Shown here one piece after another: positions 8,762-18,931 of a stretch of 64,000 nucleotides of DNA (within the stretch, counting starts at the first letter, position 1; the number at the start of each line of letters is the position of its first letter). The stretch comes from Wujia sp. (GTDB taxonomy: Bacteria; Bacillota; Clostridia; Lachnospirales; Lachnospiraceae), in assembly GCA_051879955.1 (NCBI GenBank), contig JBJENA010000078.1, positions 1,618-65,617 of the forward strand, written 5' to 3'. Both the position numbers and the translations under genes were made by a program. The notes beneath the pieces were generated by a model that was not told the DNA's origin, did not search any database, and saw only the letters and a list, made by a program, of their open reading frames with translations.

Positions 8762-10615
8762 TTAGGAAGCCTGTTCAAACTGACTGTTGTAAAGCTCTGC
8801 GTAGAAACCGCCCTTCTCGAGCAATTCTTCATGGCTTCCGCTCTCTATGATATCTCCATCCTTCAATACCAATATCAAATCCGCATTTTTAATTGTGGAT
8901 AGACGATGTGCAATGACAAAGGATGTACGGTTTGTCATCAATTCATCCATCGCTTTTTGAATCTTCAACTCGGTTCTCGTATCCACGGAACTGGTTGCCT
9001 CATCCAATATTAACATCGGTTTATCTGCAATCATGGCTCTGGCAATGGTCAACTGCTGTTTTTGCCCCTGTGACAGATTGACCTGATCATTTAATACCGT
9101 ATCATATCCCTTTGGAAGACTTCGAACGAAACGGTGTAATCCAACTGCCTTACAAGCCTTCTCGACCTGTTCATCCGTCACTCCTTCCTTGCAATATACC
9201 AGATTTTCCCGAACAGTTCCTTCAAACAGCCAGGTATCCTGCAAAACCATACAAAACTGATTATGAACTTCCTCTCTGGACATATCCCGGATGGATACGC
9301 CATCAATTTTGATATCTCCGTCTACCAATTCATGGAAACGCATCAATACATTGACCATGGTAGTTTTACCTGCACCTGTTGGTCCGACAATTGCTATCTT
9401 CTGACCTGGTTTTGCAACCGCTGAAAAATCATGGATGACAATCTTGTCACTATCTTTATAGCCAAACTTTACATGTTCAAAGCTTACTTCCCCTTTTACG
9501 TTCTTCAACAAAGGCTTCTTTTCGCTTTCATCTTCCATCTCCTGTGCTTCTGTAAATTCAAACACACGCTCACCCGCTGCAGCAGCTGACTGCAAGGCCT
9601 GCGCTGCCTGTGCAATTTGATTTAATGGCTGGGTAAAGTAACGGATATACATCATAAATGCAACAATCACACCGAAGCTGGTTTTATCATTCATTACCAG
9701 AATTGCTCCAACAATACATACAGCTACATAACCAAGATTACCGATAAATCCCATCAATGGCATCATAAGTCCGGACAGACACTGTGCTTTAAACGCACTA
9801 TCACGAAGATTTTCATTCATAACCCTAAATTCCTGTCTTGCCTTTTCTTCTCCATTATATGCTTTTACAACTGTGTGTCCTGCATATATTTCTTCTACAT
9901 GTCCATTGATTTCTCCGAGATGCAATTGCTGTCTGGCAAAAAACTTCTGCGACTTAGCCATAATCACAGACATCAATCCAAATCCAAAAAATGTGGAAAG
10001 AATAGCTGCAAATGTCATCATCACATTCGTTTTTAACATCATAACCAGAGACCCAAGGAGCAAAGTCACTGCACTTACCATGTTACCGATACTTTGGTTA
10101 AAGGACTGTGCAATCATATCGACATCATTGGTCACTCTCGAAAGAATATCTCCCGTTGAATGGCGATTATAATACCACATCGGTAATTTGTTAATCTTTA
10201 TCGAAATATCACTACGTAACCTTCTGGATACCTGTTGTGTTACATATCCCAATATCAGCTGCTGCACCAATGCAAGCACAGAACTTAAGGTGTATATGAC
10301 CGCTAAAAATATGCCGATTTCGAAAATCTTATCCATATCGATTCCCATCATAACACCCTCTGTGATAACGTCTGTCATCTCAGAAAGCTTATCCGGTCCA
10401 ATCAAAGTGAATACCGTACTAACAATCGCACAGATAATAGCAATCACAATACAAATCCAATACTTCTTACAGTAATGCAACAATTTTTTCCATGTACCTC
10501 TAAAATTCTTGGCTTTTTCACCCGGCACGCCACCACCATGTCCCGGCCCGTGAGCTCCTTTCCGAGGTCTCTTGGCTTGTTCCATCTGTCCAACTTCATA
10601 ATTATCTTTTCCCAT
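8762..10615 (-). CDS. Heterodimeric ABC exporter subunit (TMD+NBD; consensus Walker B and H-switch)
   Basis: GPTGAGKTT, degenerate signature LSQGQKQ, LILDEATSSVD, IAHRLST. ATG at 10615 overlaps the partner stop (TAATG). Confidence 0.93.
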   Translation of the reverse strand: MGKDNYEVGQMEQAKRPRKGAHGPGHGGGVPGEKAKNFRGTWKKLLHYCKKYWICIVIAIICAIVSTVFTLIGPDKLSEMTDVITEGVMMGIDMDKIFEIGIFLAVIYTLSSVLALVQQLILGYVTQQVSRRLRSDISIKINKLPMWYYNRHSTGDILSRVTNDVDMIAQSFNQSIGNMVSAVTLLLGSLVMMLKTNVMMTFAAILSTFFGFGLMSVIMAKSQKFFARQQLHLGEINGHVEEIYAGHTVVKAYNGEEKARQEFRVMNENLRDSAFKAQCLSGLMMPLMGFIGNLGYVAVCIVGAILVMNDKTSFGVIVAFMMYIRYFTQPLNQIAQAAQALQSAAAAGERVFEFTEAQEMEDESEKKPLLKNVKGEVSFEHVKFGYKDSDKIVIHDFSAVAKPGQKIAIVGPTGAGKTTMVNVLMRFHELVDGDIKIDGVSIRDMSREEVHNQFCMVLQDTWLFEGTVRENLVYCKEGVTDEQVEKACKAVGLHRFVRSLPKGYDTVLNDQVNLSQGQKQQLTIARAMIADKPMLILDEATSSVDTRTELKIQKAMDELMTNRTSFVIAHRLSTIKNADLILVLKDGDIIESGSHEELLEKGGFYAELYNSQFEQAS

Positions 10616-12372
10616 TATGCAAGTTCCTCCTTTGACAACTGTGAATAAGCAATCTGCTGATAAACCTCGCACTCTTTCATGAGTTCCTCATGTTTACCCA
10701 TACCTGCTATCTTTCCATCATCTAACACGATAATACAGTCCGCATCACGAATGGTTCCTATTCTTTGTGCTACAATCACCTTTGTAGCACCCTTACACTC
10801 TTTTTCCAATGTCTGACGTAATACACGGTCTGTTTTATAATCCAATGCAGAGAAAGAATCATCAAAAATAAAGATTTCCGGTTTTCTGGCGATTGCTCTT
10901 GCAATTGACAATCTCTGTTTCTGTCCCCCTGAGAAATTGGTTCCACCCTGTGCGACATGACCATCCAGTCCGACACCATCCGAAAGGACAAATTCTTCCG
11001 CCTGTGCAACTTTGATTGCATGTTCGATATCTTCTTTTGTAGCTTCTGATTTTCCATTGTCACCATAAGCCAAATTAGATGTAATATTACCTGAGAACAA
11101 TATAGCCTTTTGACTCACATAACCAATCTTATTTCTAAGTTCTGTTTGTTTATATTCTTTGACGTTCACTCCGTCCACCAAGACCTCACCCTGTGTAACA
11201 TCATAAAATCTTGGAATCAAATTGATAACGGTACTCTTTCCACATCCGGTCGCTCCAATCAATGCAATTGTTTGACCTTTCTTGGCAGAAAAAGAAATAT
11301 GTTCAATCACATCTTCCTCTGCATCCGGATAACGGAAGGATACATCACGAAACTCGATTTCACCCTCCCGCATAACCGGGAAGGACTCACGTGAACCATC
11401 TTCTATCACTGTTTTTGTGTCAAGCACTTCCAAAATACGTTTTGCGGATACGCTGGCTCTTGGTAAAATGATAAAAATCATTACCAGCATCATAAAGGAC
11501 ATAACAACCTGCATGGCATAGGAAGAAAAAACTACCATATCTGAAAACAAACCAAACTTATCTGTCATGGCCGCCTGTTCAATTAAGATTGCTCCAATCC
11601 AATAAATCGCCAAAGCCAATCCGTTCATAACAAAATTTATAGAAGGGAACATACATGACATCACCTTTGATGTAAACCAATGTGTTTTTGTCAAAGTCTC
11701 ATTTACTTCTTCAAATTTCTGTTCATGGAAATCTTCTGCATTGTATGCACGTACTACATTGATACCGGTCAGATTTTCTCTTGTTACCTGATTCAAATCA
11801 TCCGTCATCTTCTGTAACTGTTTAAACTTTGGCATAGCAAGTGATACACAGATAATCACCACAATCAAAAGCAAGACAACTGCCAAAGCGGTTGAAAGGG
11901 TCCACTGCCAGCTCTTATCTACAATTTTCAAGATTGCCATTGTAGCCATAATCGGTGCTCGAAGCATCGCTGATAATCCCATTACTATCAACATCTGCAC
12001 CTGTGTTACATCATTGGTGGATCTTGTAATTAAGCTTGCAGTTGAAAAATGACTGATTTCCTCCATGGAAAAAGACTGCACCTTATCAAACAGCTGTTCG
12101 CGCAGATTCGCACTGAAATTTGAAGCAATCCTAGAAGCAAATACGGATACAAAAACTGTAACAAGTAAGCTGCCAAACGCACACAATAGCATCTTGCCCC
12201 CTGCTTTTAAGATATCTGTCATCACACTATCCTGCATCGTAATCAATCCCGTAATTTCGCGCATATAATCCGGCAGCTTTAGTTCCAGCCATACCTGCAT
12301 AATAACGAAAATGATACAGAAAAACACCATTCCCAATTCTTTTTTTGTCAAATTCTTAAATATTCTCAGCAT
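10615..12372 (-). CDS. Heterodimeric ABC exporter subunit (TMD+NBD; degenerate catalytic residues)
   Basis: GATGCGKST, FSGGQKQR, IFIFDDSFSALD (E->D), VAQR (H->Q), as in TmrAB/PatAB-type exporters. Confidence 0.93.
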   Translation of the reverse strand: MLRIFKNLTKKELGMVFFCIIFVIMQVWLELKLPDYMREITGLITMQDSVMTDILKAGGKMLLCAFGSLLVTVFVSVFASRIASNFSANLREQLFDKVQSFSMEEISHFSTASLITRSTNDVTQVQMLIVMGLSAMLRAPIMATMAILKIVDKSWQWTLSTALAVVLLLIVVIICVSLAMPKFKQLQKMTDDLNQVTRENLTGINVVRAYNAEDFHEQKFEEVNETLTKTHWFTSKVMSCMFPSINFVMNGLALAIYWIGAILIEQAAMTDKFGLFSDMVVFSSYAMQVVMSFMMLVMIFIILPRASVSAKRILEVLDTKTVIEDGSRESFPVMREGEIEFRDVSFRYPDAEEDVIEHISFSAKKGQTIALIGATGCGKSTVINLIPRFYDVTQGEVLVDGVNVKEYKQTELRNKIGYVSQKAILFSGNITSNLAYGDNGKSEATKEDIEHAIKVAQAEEFVLSDGVGLDGHVAQGGTNFSGGQKQRLSIARAIARKPEIFIFDDSFSALDYKTDRVLRQTLEKECKGATKVIVAQRIGTIRDADCIIVLDDGKIAGMGKHEELMKECEVYQQIAYSQLSKEELA

Positions 12373-12391
12373 ACATTTACTCCAATTTCTT

Positions 12392-13045
12392 CTACTTCTC
12401 TAAAAATGTCAGGATATCCTCAGGTTGCTTTGCAAAATTTGTTGCACCATGCTCTTCCAAAAACAAACGATCCCGAAATCCCCATTCTACTGCAATACAA
12501 TCCAAATCTGCATTTTTCGCTGTTTGTAAATCTACATCCGAATCTCCAATATAGATGGTTTCTTCCGGCTTTACGCCCAACGAACGCATCACAAATTTTA
12601 CAGAATCTGCAGATGGTTTTTTCTTGAAATCAGGCCGGTCACCCACAGCCATGTCAAACAAACCCTCAAAAAAATCCTGTACAAGGTCCTGTACTGCAAA
12701 ATCTATCTTATTGCTGACTACTGCGGTTTTGTAACCAAGTTTTTTCAACTGTCGCAATAAATCAACAATGCCATTATATGGTTTTGTTGTGTCCATACTG
12801 TGTTTTTTGTAAAAAATTTGAAATTCATTCAGCACCTTTTCAAACAAATCGCCAGAAGTTCCTTCTACCACAGCTCGTTCCATCAGCTTTCGAATTCCAT
12901 TACCTACAAAGGCTCTTACTTCTTCTAAGCTTCTTTCCGGCATATCATATCGTTTCAATGCGTGATTCGTCGCAGTCTTCAAATCCTCCAAGGTATCCAA
13001 TATCGTTCCATCCATGTCAAAAACAACCAGCTTGTACTTTTTCAT
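12392..13045 (-). CDS. HAD-family hydrolase (phosphoglycolate phosphatase-like)
   Basis: FDMDGT, VVSNK, KKP, YIGDSDVD motifs. Confidence 0.92.
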   Translation of the reverse strand: MKKYKLVVFDMDGTILDTLEDLKTATNHALKRYDMPERSLEEVRAFVGNGIRKLMERAVVEGTSGDLFEKVLNEFQIFYKKHSMDTTKPYNGIVDLLRQLKKLGYKTAVVSNKIDFAVQDLVQDFFEGLFDMAVGDRPDFKKKPSADSVKFVMRSLGVKPEETIYIGDSDVDLQTAKNADLDCIAVEWGFRDRLFLEEHGATNFAKQPEDILTFLEK

Positions 13046-13086
13046 TTATATCATCTCTTTCTATCTATTTGCATGAACAACCTCAT

Positions 13087-13114
13087 ATTGTAATCACTTT
13101 TTACAATTTGTCAA
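13087..13114 (-). promoter_or_regulatory. SigA promoter of the HAD-ABC operon with overlapping palindromic operator
   Basis: TTGACA-N16-TACAAT; inverted repeat ATTGTAA-N7-TTACAAT at 13087-13107. Confidence 0.7.
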
Positions 13115-13116
13115 TG

Positions 13117-13151
13117 CAAAGAAAAACCCTCGCATATTCTGCGAAGGTTTT
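13117..13151 (-). terminator. Intrinsic terminator after the MCP gene
   Basis: AAAACCTTCGCA-gaata-TGCGAGGGTTTT followed by TCTTT. Confidence 0.75.
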
Positions 13152-13156
13152 ATCCA

Positions 13157-15151
13157 TTACTCTTTCAATGCAAAGGAATCTGCCGTATCCCTTAGCTTTA
13201 CTGCACAATTATTGAGCTCTCCGGCAATTGTAATGCTTTCTTGCGCATTTACAGCATTTTCTTTTACCACCGATGTGATCTCTTCCATATTGGAATTAAT
13301 ATTTTGAATCGCTCTTTGCTGGTTCTCAACATTTAAAACAATATTTTCAATACTTTGTTTTGCATTCTCAGAGTCTGTCATTCCCTGTTCAATGGTTTGA
13401 TAGGTTGATATTGCCAATTCCTTTCCCTGATTAACAGCAGCTCTTGATTCTCCTATCAAGCGATTAATACTTTCACTGGCTTTCGAGCTGGAATCTGCCA
13501 GTGCACTGATCTCGCTGGCAACAACCGCAAAGCCTTTGCCTGCTTCACCTGCTCTTGCTGCTTCAATCGATGCATTCAAGGATAACAAATTAGTCTGTGC
13601 TGCAATTTCATTGATTTCGCCGACAAAATCAGCAATCTTTGAATAGCAGGCCTCAATACTGTCAATGGCTTTCACCAATTCCTTCATCTCTACAGTTCCC
13701 TGAGCAAGATGCGTATTTGTCAATTCTGCAGCATCCTTGATTTCTCCGGCACGTTCCGTAATCTGTTTCGCATGATCGGTCAGTTCTTCCATATCCCCGG
13801 CAATCTCTGTAACAGATCTTTTCTGCGTCTGCGCATGTTCTGCAACTGTTTGTGTTACCTGTTCCAATGTACCAACATAGTCCATCAAAGCACAGGACTG
13901 TTCTTTAATCTGTGCAAAAGAAACATTCAGACTATCCACAATACGTTCCAATGACTCTTTAATTTGCACATAGCTTCCTTTGAATTCACCGGATACAGAT
14001 ACGGTCAAATCTTTGTCAGAAATCGCGGTAACCACATTCTCTATTTCACCGATATATGTATCAAGGCTTCCTATCGTTTCATTCAGGGATGTGGTTAGCT
14101 TATCAATTTCCAATGAATTTGCATCTTCATCAAATTGAATATCCAAATCACCCTCTGCAATTCTTGTCACCTTATCGCTGATAGATTCCAGTGGCATAAA
14201 CAAAACATTCAGCTTTTGTTCGCAAACTTTTCTTGCAACTGGTTTTGTAATCAAATAAATCAGACAATTAATAATGATGATGATACCCAGGAGTAACAAC
14301 AATGTAGACATCCTGCTAACTGCAATGACTTTCCATCCTGTGGCTTGCGAGGTGCTTGAAATACCAAACTTCAATCCTCCCTTGTAATCCAAAAACACCT
14401 TGGTTTTCATATCCTTGCGTGTTATCTTCTCGTATCTTCCTTTATTTGCATCCTTCAATGTCGATTCTTTCTCTGCACTCAATGCAAACTTTTTATCCGG
14501 ATGGGTTAATATCACACCATCACTTGTTGTGAGAAATACATAGGAACTGCCCTTATAGCTTCGTTCCATCATAGACACAAGATCATCCATATACATATCC
14601 ATACCGACAACACCCATCATCTTTCCATCCTTGAAGGTTGCCTTTGCAAGCGTGATGCAGATTCCACCTGATTGCATATCTACATACGGATCTGAAACAT
14701 ATACTTCATCCGGATTTTCCTGCGCTTTTATATACCATTCGCGTTCTGTAACAACAAAATCTTCCGGTGGTATCCAGCCGCCACTCATCACAGTGATATT
14801 CTCATCATAGCAGCTATAAACTGCTGAGATTTGTTCATCCATGGTTACCATGGAATCCACATATGCTAATACATTTTCGTAATCCTCAACCTTTCCACTG
14901 GATATACCGGCAGCAATCGCCTCCAAAGCACTCATCTTACTCTGCATTGCCTTGTCAACTTCTTTTGTATACTCTTTCAGATTTCCCTGTCCGTTACTTG
15001 TTACATATAAAAGCGTCATGATACCCGCAATCAAAACACTTTCTATACATACAATCATGATAACTTTGCCAAGTAATGTCTTAACACTGTTCTCTACTGT
15101 CTGCCCCAGTGTCTTACCTGACATATCAAATGTTTCATTTGTACCTGCCAT
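13157..15151 (-). CDS. Methyl-accepting chemotaxis protein (TM-dCache-TM-HAMP-MA)
   Basis: REWYIKA..SDPYVD (Cache); [33 protein letters not shown] signalling hairpin. Confidence 0.96.
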   Translation of the reverse strand: MAGTNETFDMSGKTLGQTVENSVKTLLGKVIMIVCIESVLIAGIMTLLYVTSNGQGNLKEYTKEVDKAMQSKMSALEAIAAGISSGKVEDYENVLAYVDSMVTMDEQISAVYSCYDENITVMSGGWIPPEDFVVTEREWYIKAQENPDEVYVSDPYVDMQSGGICITLAKATFKDGKMMGVVGMDMYMDDLVSMMERSYKGSSYVFLTTSDGVILTHPDKKFALSAEKESTLKDANKGRYEKITRKDMKTKVFLDYKGGLKFGISSTSQATGWKVIAVSRMSTLLLLLGIIIIINCLIYLITKPVARKVCEQKLNVLFMPLESISDKVTRIAEGDLDIQFDEDANSLEIDKLTTSLNETIGSLDTYIGEIENVVTAISDKDLTVSVSGEFKGSYVQIKESLERIVDSLNVSFAQIKEQSCALMDYVGTLEQVTQTVAEHAQTQKRSVTEIAGDMEELTDHAKQITERAGEIKDAAELTNTHLAQGTVEMKELVKAIDSIEACYSKIADFVGEINEIAAQTNLLSLNASIEAARAGEAGKGFAVVASEISALADSSSKASESINRLIGESRAAVNQGKELAISTYQTIEQGMTDSENAKQSIENIVLNVENQQRAIQNINSNMEEITSVVKENAVNAQESITIAGELNNCAVKLRDTADSFALKE

Positions 15152-15227
15152 ACATTTCCTCCTCTTGCTGCCAATAGAAATAGAACTAGTAATATTTTAT
15201 CACAATATAGCCAAAAAAGTCCATACA

Positions 15228-15272
15228 CAAAAAAGACATCATCACTTATATCTCTATAAGCAATGATGTCTT
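15228..15272 (-). terminator. Intrinsic terminator after tsf
   Basis: AAGACATCATTGCTTATA-gaga-TATAAGTGATGATGTCTT followed by TTTT. Confidence 0.8.
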
Positions 15273-15296
15273 ATCATCTGTTCTAAGAAAAGCTTC

Positions 15297-16382
15297 TTAG
15301 TTTCCTGCCATCTGAGCTGCAACCTCTGCTGCGAAATCTTCGTTCTTCTTCTCCATTCCTTCACCAACTTCGAAACGAACGAACTTAGCAACTGTAAGAT
15401 TCTTGTTTACTGACTCAAGGTACTTCGCAACAGTCTGCTTTCCATCCTCAGCCTTAACATAAGTCTGATCAAGAAGACTGATTTCCTTAACCTGCTTAGA
15501 AATACGTCCCTCAACAAGACCTGAGAAAATCTTATTTTCGACGATTGTTGCCTTATCAGCCATAGCCAACCCAGCAAGCTGAACCTTAGCTTCATTTGAA
15601 AGGAAGTTTGGCAAGTAATTCATATTATTCTTCTTCTCTTCATAAATTGCAACATCCTCTGCGCTCCATACACCGGCAACAGCCTTCTCCAAAAGACCAC
15701 TTAAAATTGGCTTTGGAAGTGAGAAAGGATCATTCAATGCGCTGTCGATTGTGATTTCCTTTAATTTAGCCAAAGACTCTGCTGAGATATCTGCTCTGCT
15801 AATATATTCCGGATTCATAGCTGCAATCTGCATTGCTACGTTCTTAAGTGCTTCCTTAGCTGCATCGTCATTTGCGCCATTTCCTGCAACAAGAACACCA
15901 ATTCTACCATTTCCATGCAAATAATCAATAACTACATCACCGGAAACCTTCTGAAATCTACGGAAAGACAACTTCTCTCCGATAGTAGCAGTCTTAGAAA
16001 TAAGCTCATCCTTAAGACCATTCTCGCCAAGAAGTGCTTCTACTTCCTCGCCATCCTTACCACCTGTCAAAGATGATGCAAGTGCCTGATCTGCAATTGA
16101 CTGTACAAATGTCTGGAATACTTCGTTCTTAGCAACGAAATCTGTCTCAGAGTTAACCTCTACAACAACACCTGTTGTATCGTTAACGGCTGAACGACAA
16201 ATACCTTCTGCAGCGATTCTGCTTGCCTTCTTTTCAGCCTTAACAGCACCACTCTTACGAAGAGCTTCTACTGCTGCATCCATATCTCCATCACACTCAG
16301 CAAGTGCCTTCTTACAATCCATCATTCCAGCACCTGTAAGTTCTCTTAACTCTTTTACCATACTAGCTGTAATAGCTGCCAT
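15297..16382 (-). CDS. tsf: Elongation factor Ts (long form, 361 aa)
   Basis: VKELRELTGAGMMDCKKAL, EVNSETDFVAKN, AMQIAAMNP motifs; start at ATG 16382 with GGAGG RBS. Confidence 0.98.
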   Translation of the reverse strand: MAAITASMVKELRELTGAGMMDCKKALAECDGDMDAAVEALRKSGAVKAEKKASRIAAEGICRSAVNDTTGVVVEVNSETDFVAKNEVFQTFVQSIADQALASSLTGGKDGEEVEALLGENGLKDELISKTATIGEKLSFRRFQKVSGDVVIDYLHGNGRIGVLVAGNGANDDAAKEALKNVAMQIAAMNPEYISRADISAESLAKLKEITIDSALNDPFSLPKPILSGLLEKAVAGVWSAEDVAIYEEKKNNMNYLPNFLSNEAKVQLAGLAMADKATIVENKIFSGLVEGRISKQVKEISLLDQTYVKAEDGKQTVAKYLESVNKNLTVAKFVRFEVGEGMEKKNEDFAAEVAAQMAGN

Positions 16383-16415
16383 TTTTTCGTCCTCCAAAAA
16401 TATATGATTTATGAA

Positions 16416-17156
16416 TTACTCTTCTGTTGCATCAGCCTCTGCAGACTCAGCTTCCTCAGCTGTCATAACATCTGCACCCTGATTTGCCTCGATAACAGCG
16501 TCAGCCATCTTAGAAACGATAAGCTTAACTGCACGAATTGCATCATCGTTACCAGGAATTACATAATCCAACTCTTCCGGATCACAGTTTGTATCAGCGA
16601 TACCTACAAGCTGAATACCAAGTGCATGAGCTTCCTGTACACAGTTTCTCTCCTTGCGTGGATCTACGATAAAGATCATATCAGGAATATCATTCATATC
16701 CTTGATACCGCCAAGGTTCTTCTGAAGCTTCTCCATCTCCTTCTTGATTTCGATAACTTCCTTCTTTGGCAATACATCAAATGTACCGTCTTTTTCCATT
16801 TCCTCATATTTCTCAAGCTTTGCAATTCTAGTCTTGATTGTCTTAAAGTTTGTAAGCATACCACCTAACCATCTCTGGTTTACATAGTACATACCACATC
16901 TCTCAGCCTCAGACTTGATAGAATCCTGTGCCTGCTTCTTTGTACCTACAAAAAGCACCTTACCACCGTTTGCTACACATTCCTTAACTGCATTGTAAGC
17001 TTCATCTACCTTACCTACAGACTTCTGTAAGTCGATGATGTAGATTCCGTTACGCTCAGTATAAATGTACTCAGCCATCTTAGGGTTCCATCTTCTTGTC
17101 TGATGTCCAAAGTGAACACCTGCCTCAAGTAACTGCTTCATTGAAATAACGCTCAT
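16416..17156 (-). CDS. rpsB: 30S ribosomal protein S2
   Basis: [38 protein letters not shown] motifs. Confidence 0.99.
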   Translation of the reverse strand: MSVISMKQLLEAGVHFGHQTRRWNPKMAEYIYTERNGIYIIDLQKSVGKVDEAYNAVKECVANGGKVLFVGTKKQAQDSIKSEAERCGMYYVNQRWLGGMLTNFKTIKTRIAKLEKYEEMEKDGTFDVLPKKEVIEIKKEMEKLQKNLGGIKDMNDIPDMIFIVDPRKERNCVQEAHALGIQLVGIADTNCDPEELDYVIPGNDDAIRAVKLIVSKMADAVIEANQGADVMTAEEAESAEADATEE

Positions 17157-17283
17157 AATTTACCTCCTAAATAAAATGGTTTTTTTCTTCTGTGAGCTTC
17201 TTACAGCTGTGTGTCATACTGTCTAACAAAAACCCCGAGCAAGGGCACCCTTTTGTCGATTCACTCACATGTTTTTTCACACG
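17157..17283 (-). promoter_or_regulatory. Probable S2 autoregulatory leader of rpsB-tsf
   Basis: About 125-nt 5' UTR between a clear promoter and rpsB; S2 leaders are known at this position. Structure not verified. Confidence 0.4.
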
Positions 17284-17289
17284 AAGTCG

Positions 17290-17318
17290 ATTATAGCATA
17301 AAAAAAAAGTGCTTACAA
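17290..17318 (-). promoter_or_regulatory. SigA promoter of rpsB-tsf
   Basis: TTGTAA-N17-TATAAT with extended -10 TG. Confidence 0.8.
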
Positions 17319-17329
17319 GCACTTTTTTT
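17300..17329. terminator. Bidirectional-type terminator ending the flagellar operon; overlaps the rpsB -35
   Basis: AAAAAAAGTGCTT-ac-AAGCACTTTTTTT palindrome immediately after the last fla/che gene. Confidence 0.65.
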
Positions 17330-17337
17330 ATTATATT

Positions 17338-17880
17338 TTACTGTTTTGTTGTCAGGATTTTTGCAACTTCCTCATCACTCATTCCACTCTTAACATGGAA
17401 CGTTCCTGTTTCCAGACTCTTATCGTAGCCCTTCTGCACCAAAAATTCATTGAACTTTGTTGCACTCTTAATCACACCTGCATCCTCAAGTAAAGCAGAA
17501 ATGGTCTCTGAACTCATACCACCACTCACTGTGATCGTAACTTTTTCATTTGAATCTGAAGCAGATTCTGTATCCTTTGGCTCTTCGGTTGTTACTTCTG
17601 TGGTTTCCTCAGTGGTTTCTTCCGTGGTCTTTTCTGTTGTTTCCTTGGAATCATCACTCACCGAAGCATCGACCTTGCTGATCAAATCAGCTTCTGTATC
17701 AATTTCCTGTGTCGATGAAGCGATTGCTTCTTTTTTTACCATGCCTAAGCTTTCCGCTTTTTTTATAACCTGCTCATCACTCATTTTGTATCCACCAGAT
17801 GTCATATAAGCAACTAACATAATGATTGTTGCAAAGATTACACCGGCACCTACACCTCTGTAAAAATATTTTTTCTTCAT
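17338..17880 (-). CDS. Membrane-anchored protein with YceG/MltG-like N-terminal subdomain (no catalytic domain)
   Basis: N-terminal TM, TTEE linker, ITVSGGMSSETISALLEDAGVI..F..GMSDEEVAKIL. Confidence 0.65.
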   Translation of the reverse strand: MKKKYFYRGVGAGVIFATIIMLVAYMTSGGYKMSDEQVIKKAESLGMVKKEAIASSTQEIDTEADLISKVDASVSDDSKETTEKTTEETTEETTEVTTEEPKDTESASDSNEKVTITVSGGMSSETISALLEDAGVIKSATKFNEFLVQKGYDKSLETGTFHVKSGMSDEEVAKILTTKQ

Positions 17881-17883
17881 ATC

Positions 17884-18567
17884 TTACGCTTCTCCCTGAT
17901 ATAAATCTACAACCAGCTTTACTTCACCAACACCTAATCCAAGATGTTTTGCAATTTCCAAGATGCTTAAACCTGAATTGTGCATTTCTAAAATCATGTC
18001 TTTGTTATCAACATTTGCAAGCTCTGCTTCAAGATCTTCCGATACAGGAGTTTCTTCCATCTCCTTGATGGCTTCCTCCATTGCTTCCTCCTCTGTCTGC
18101 AGATGCTGCACATCTTCCTCAACCGGTTCCTGATTTAAAACCACCTGAGCGGTTCCATGCTGAACCATTGTTTCTACTTCTTTTTTGTAATCATCCACCA
18201 TATTCGCAGTTGTCATGATATCTTTTTGCTTTTCGGATAACATATCATACAAGAATACAACTTCCTTATGATTACGGTCAATTTCTTCGTTCACTGTTAC
18301 CGCATAATCTCCAAGTGCCAACGTTTTCTGGTTCACAATTTCTGACAATCTTGTTTCAATATCTGTCAGCTTTCCATCTACCTGCTCATCCATATAGCTT
18401 TGCAAGAGCTTGTCAACCTTTTCCTTTTGCTCTTGTGTTAACTCCTTCGGAATCTGCACCATGGAAGTTTCCAACTCTTTCTCCTCTTCCATCTTCTCCG
18501 TAAGCATAAAACTTACCACAATGAAAACTACACCAATAATCATTAATACAATCACTGTTCCTGACAT
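17884..18567 (-). CDS. DUF6115-type / SwrB-like membrane protein
   Basis: N-terminal TM, coiled coil, C-terminal GLSILEIAKHLGLGVGEVKLVVDLY; lies downstream of the sigma-28 gene. Confidence 0.6.
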   Translation of the reverse strand: MSGTVIVLMIIGVVFIVVSFMLTEKMEEEKELETSMVQIPKELTQEQKEKVDKLLQSYMDEQVDGKLTDIETRLSEIVNQKTLALGDYAVTVNEEIDRNHKEVVFLYDMLSEKQKDIMTTANMVDDYKKEVETMVQHGTAQVVLNQEPVEEDVQHLQTEEEAMEEAIKEMEETPVSEDLEAELANVDNKDMILEMHNSGLSILEIAKHLGLGVGEVKLVVDLYQGEA

Positions 18568-18584
18568 ATTTTTTACCTCATCCT

Positions 18585-18890
18585 TTATAATTTTATATCA
18601 ATATTGATTCGTTGAACGCCTTCATCCTTTTCTTTCGTACCGGAATTTGGCTTTTTCTTCTTATTTGAATACAGGTTTTGATATTTGTTTCTGCCTTCCT
18701 CTTTTGCATCCGGATTATGCTCATAATACGCTGCCTCATCCTTATGCACAACCGTTTCTCGTACTTCCTGTTCTTCTTTCTGCATCTCCTTGGATGCATT
18801 TTGGCTCTGAAGCACTCCCTGTGCATCATTATGCTGTTGTACAGATGCAATTGGTGTTGCAGTTTGCGCTGCTATAATCGGTGAAATCAT
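18585..18890 (-). CDS. Hypothetical protein of the flagellar locus
   Basis: Co-oriented ORF with GAGGAGG RBS; ends in INIDIKL. Confidence 0.75.
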   Translation of the reverse strand: MISPIIAAQTATPIASVQQHNDAQGVLQSQNASKEMQKEEQEVRETVVHKDEAAYYEHNPDAKEEGRNKYQNLYSNKKKKPNSGTKEKDEGVQRINIDIKL

Positions 18891-18931
18891 ACATACATCC
18901 TCCTCGCATAATCCACATTATTTTCATAATA

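Noticed and set aside
8762-12372. Degenerate Walker B, H-loop and signature motifs suggesting pseudogenes
   Set aside because: This is the normal asymmetry of heterodimeric type IV ABC exporters.
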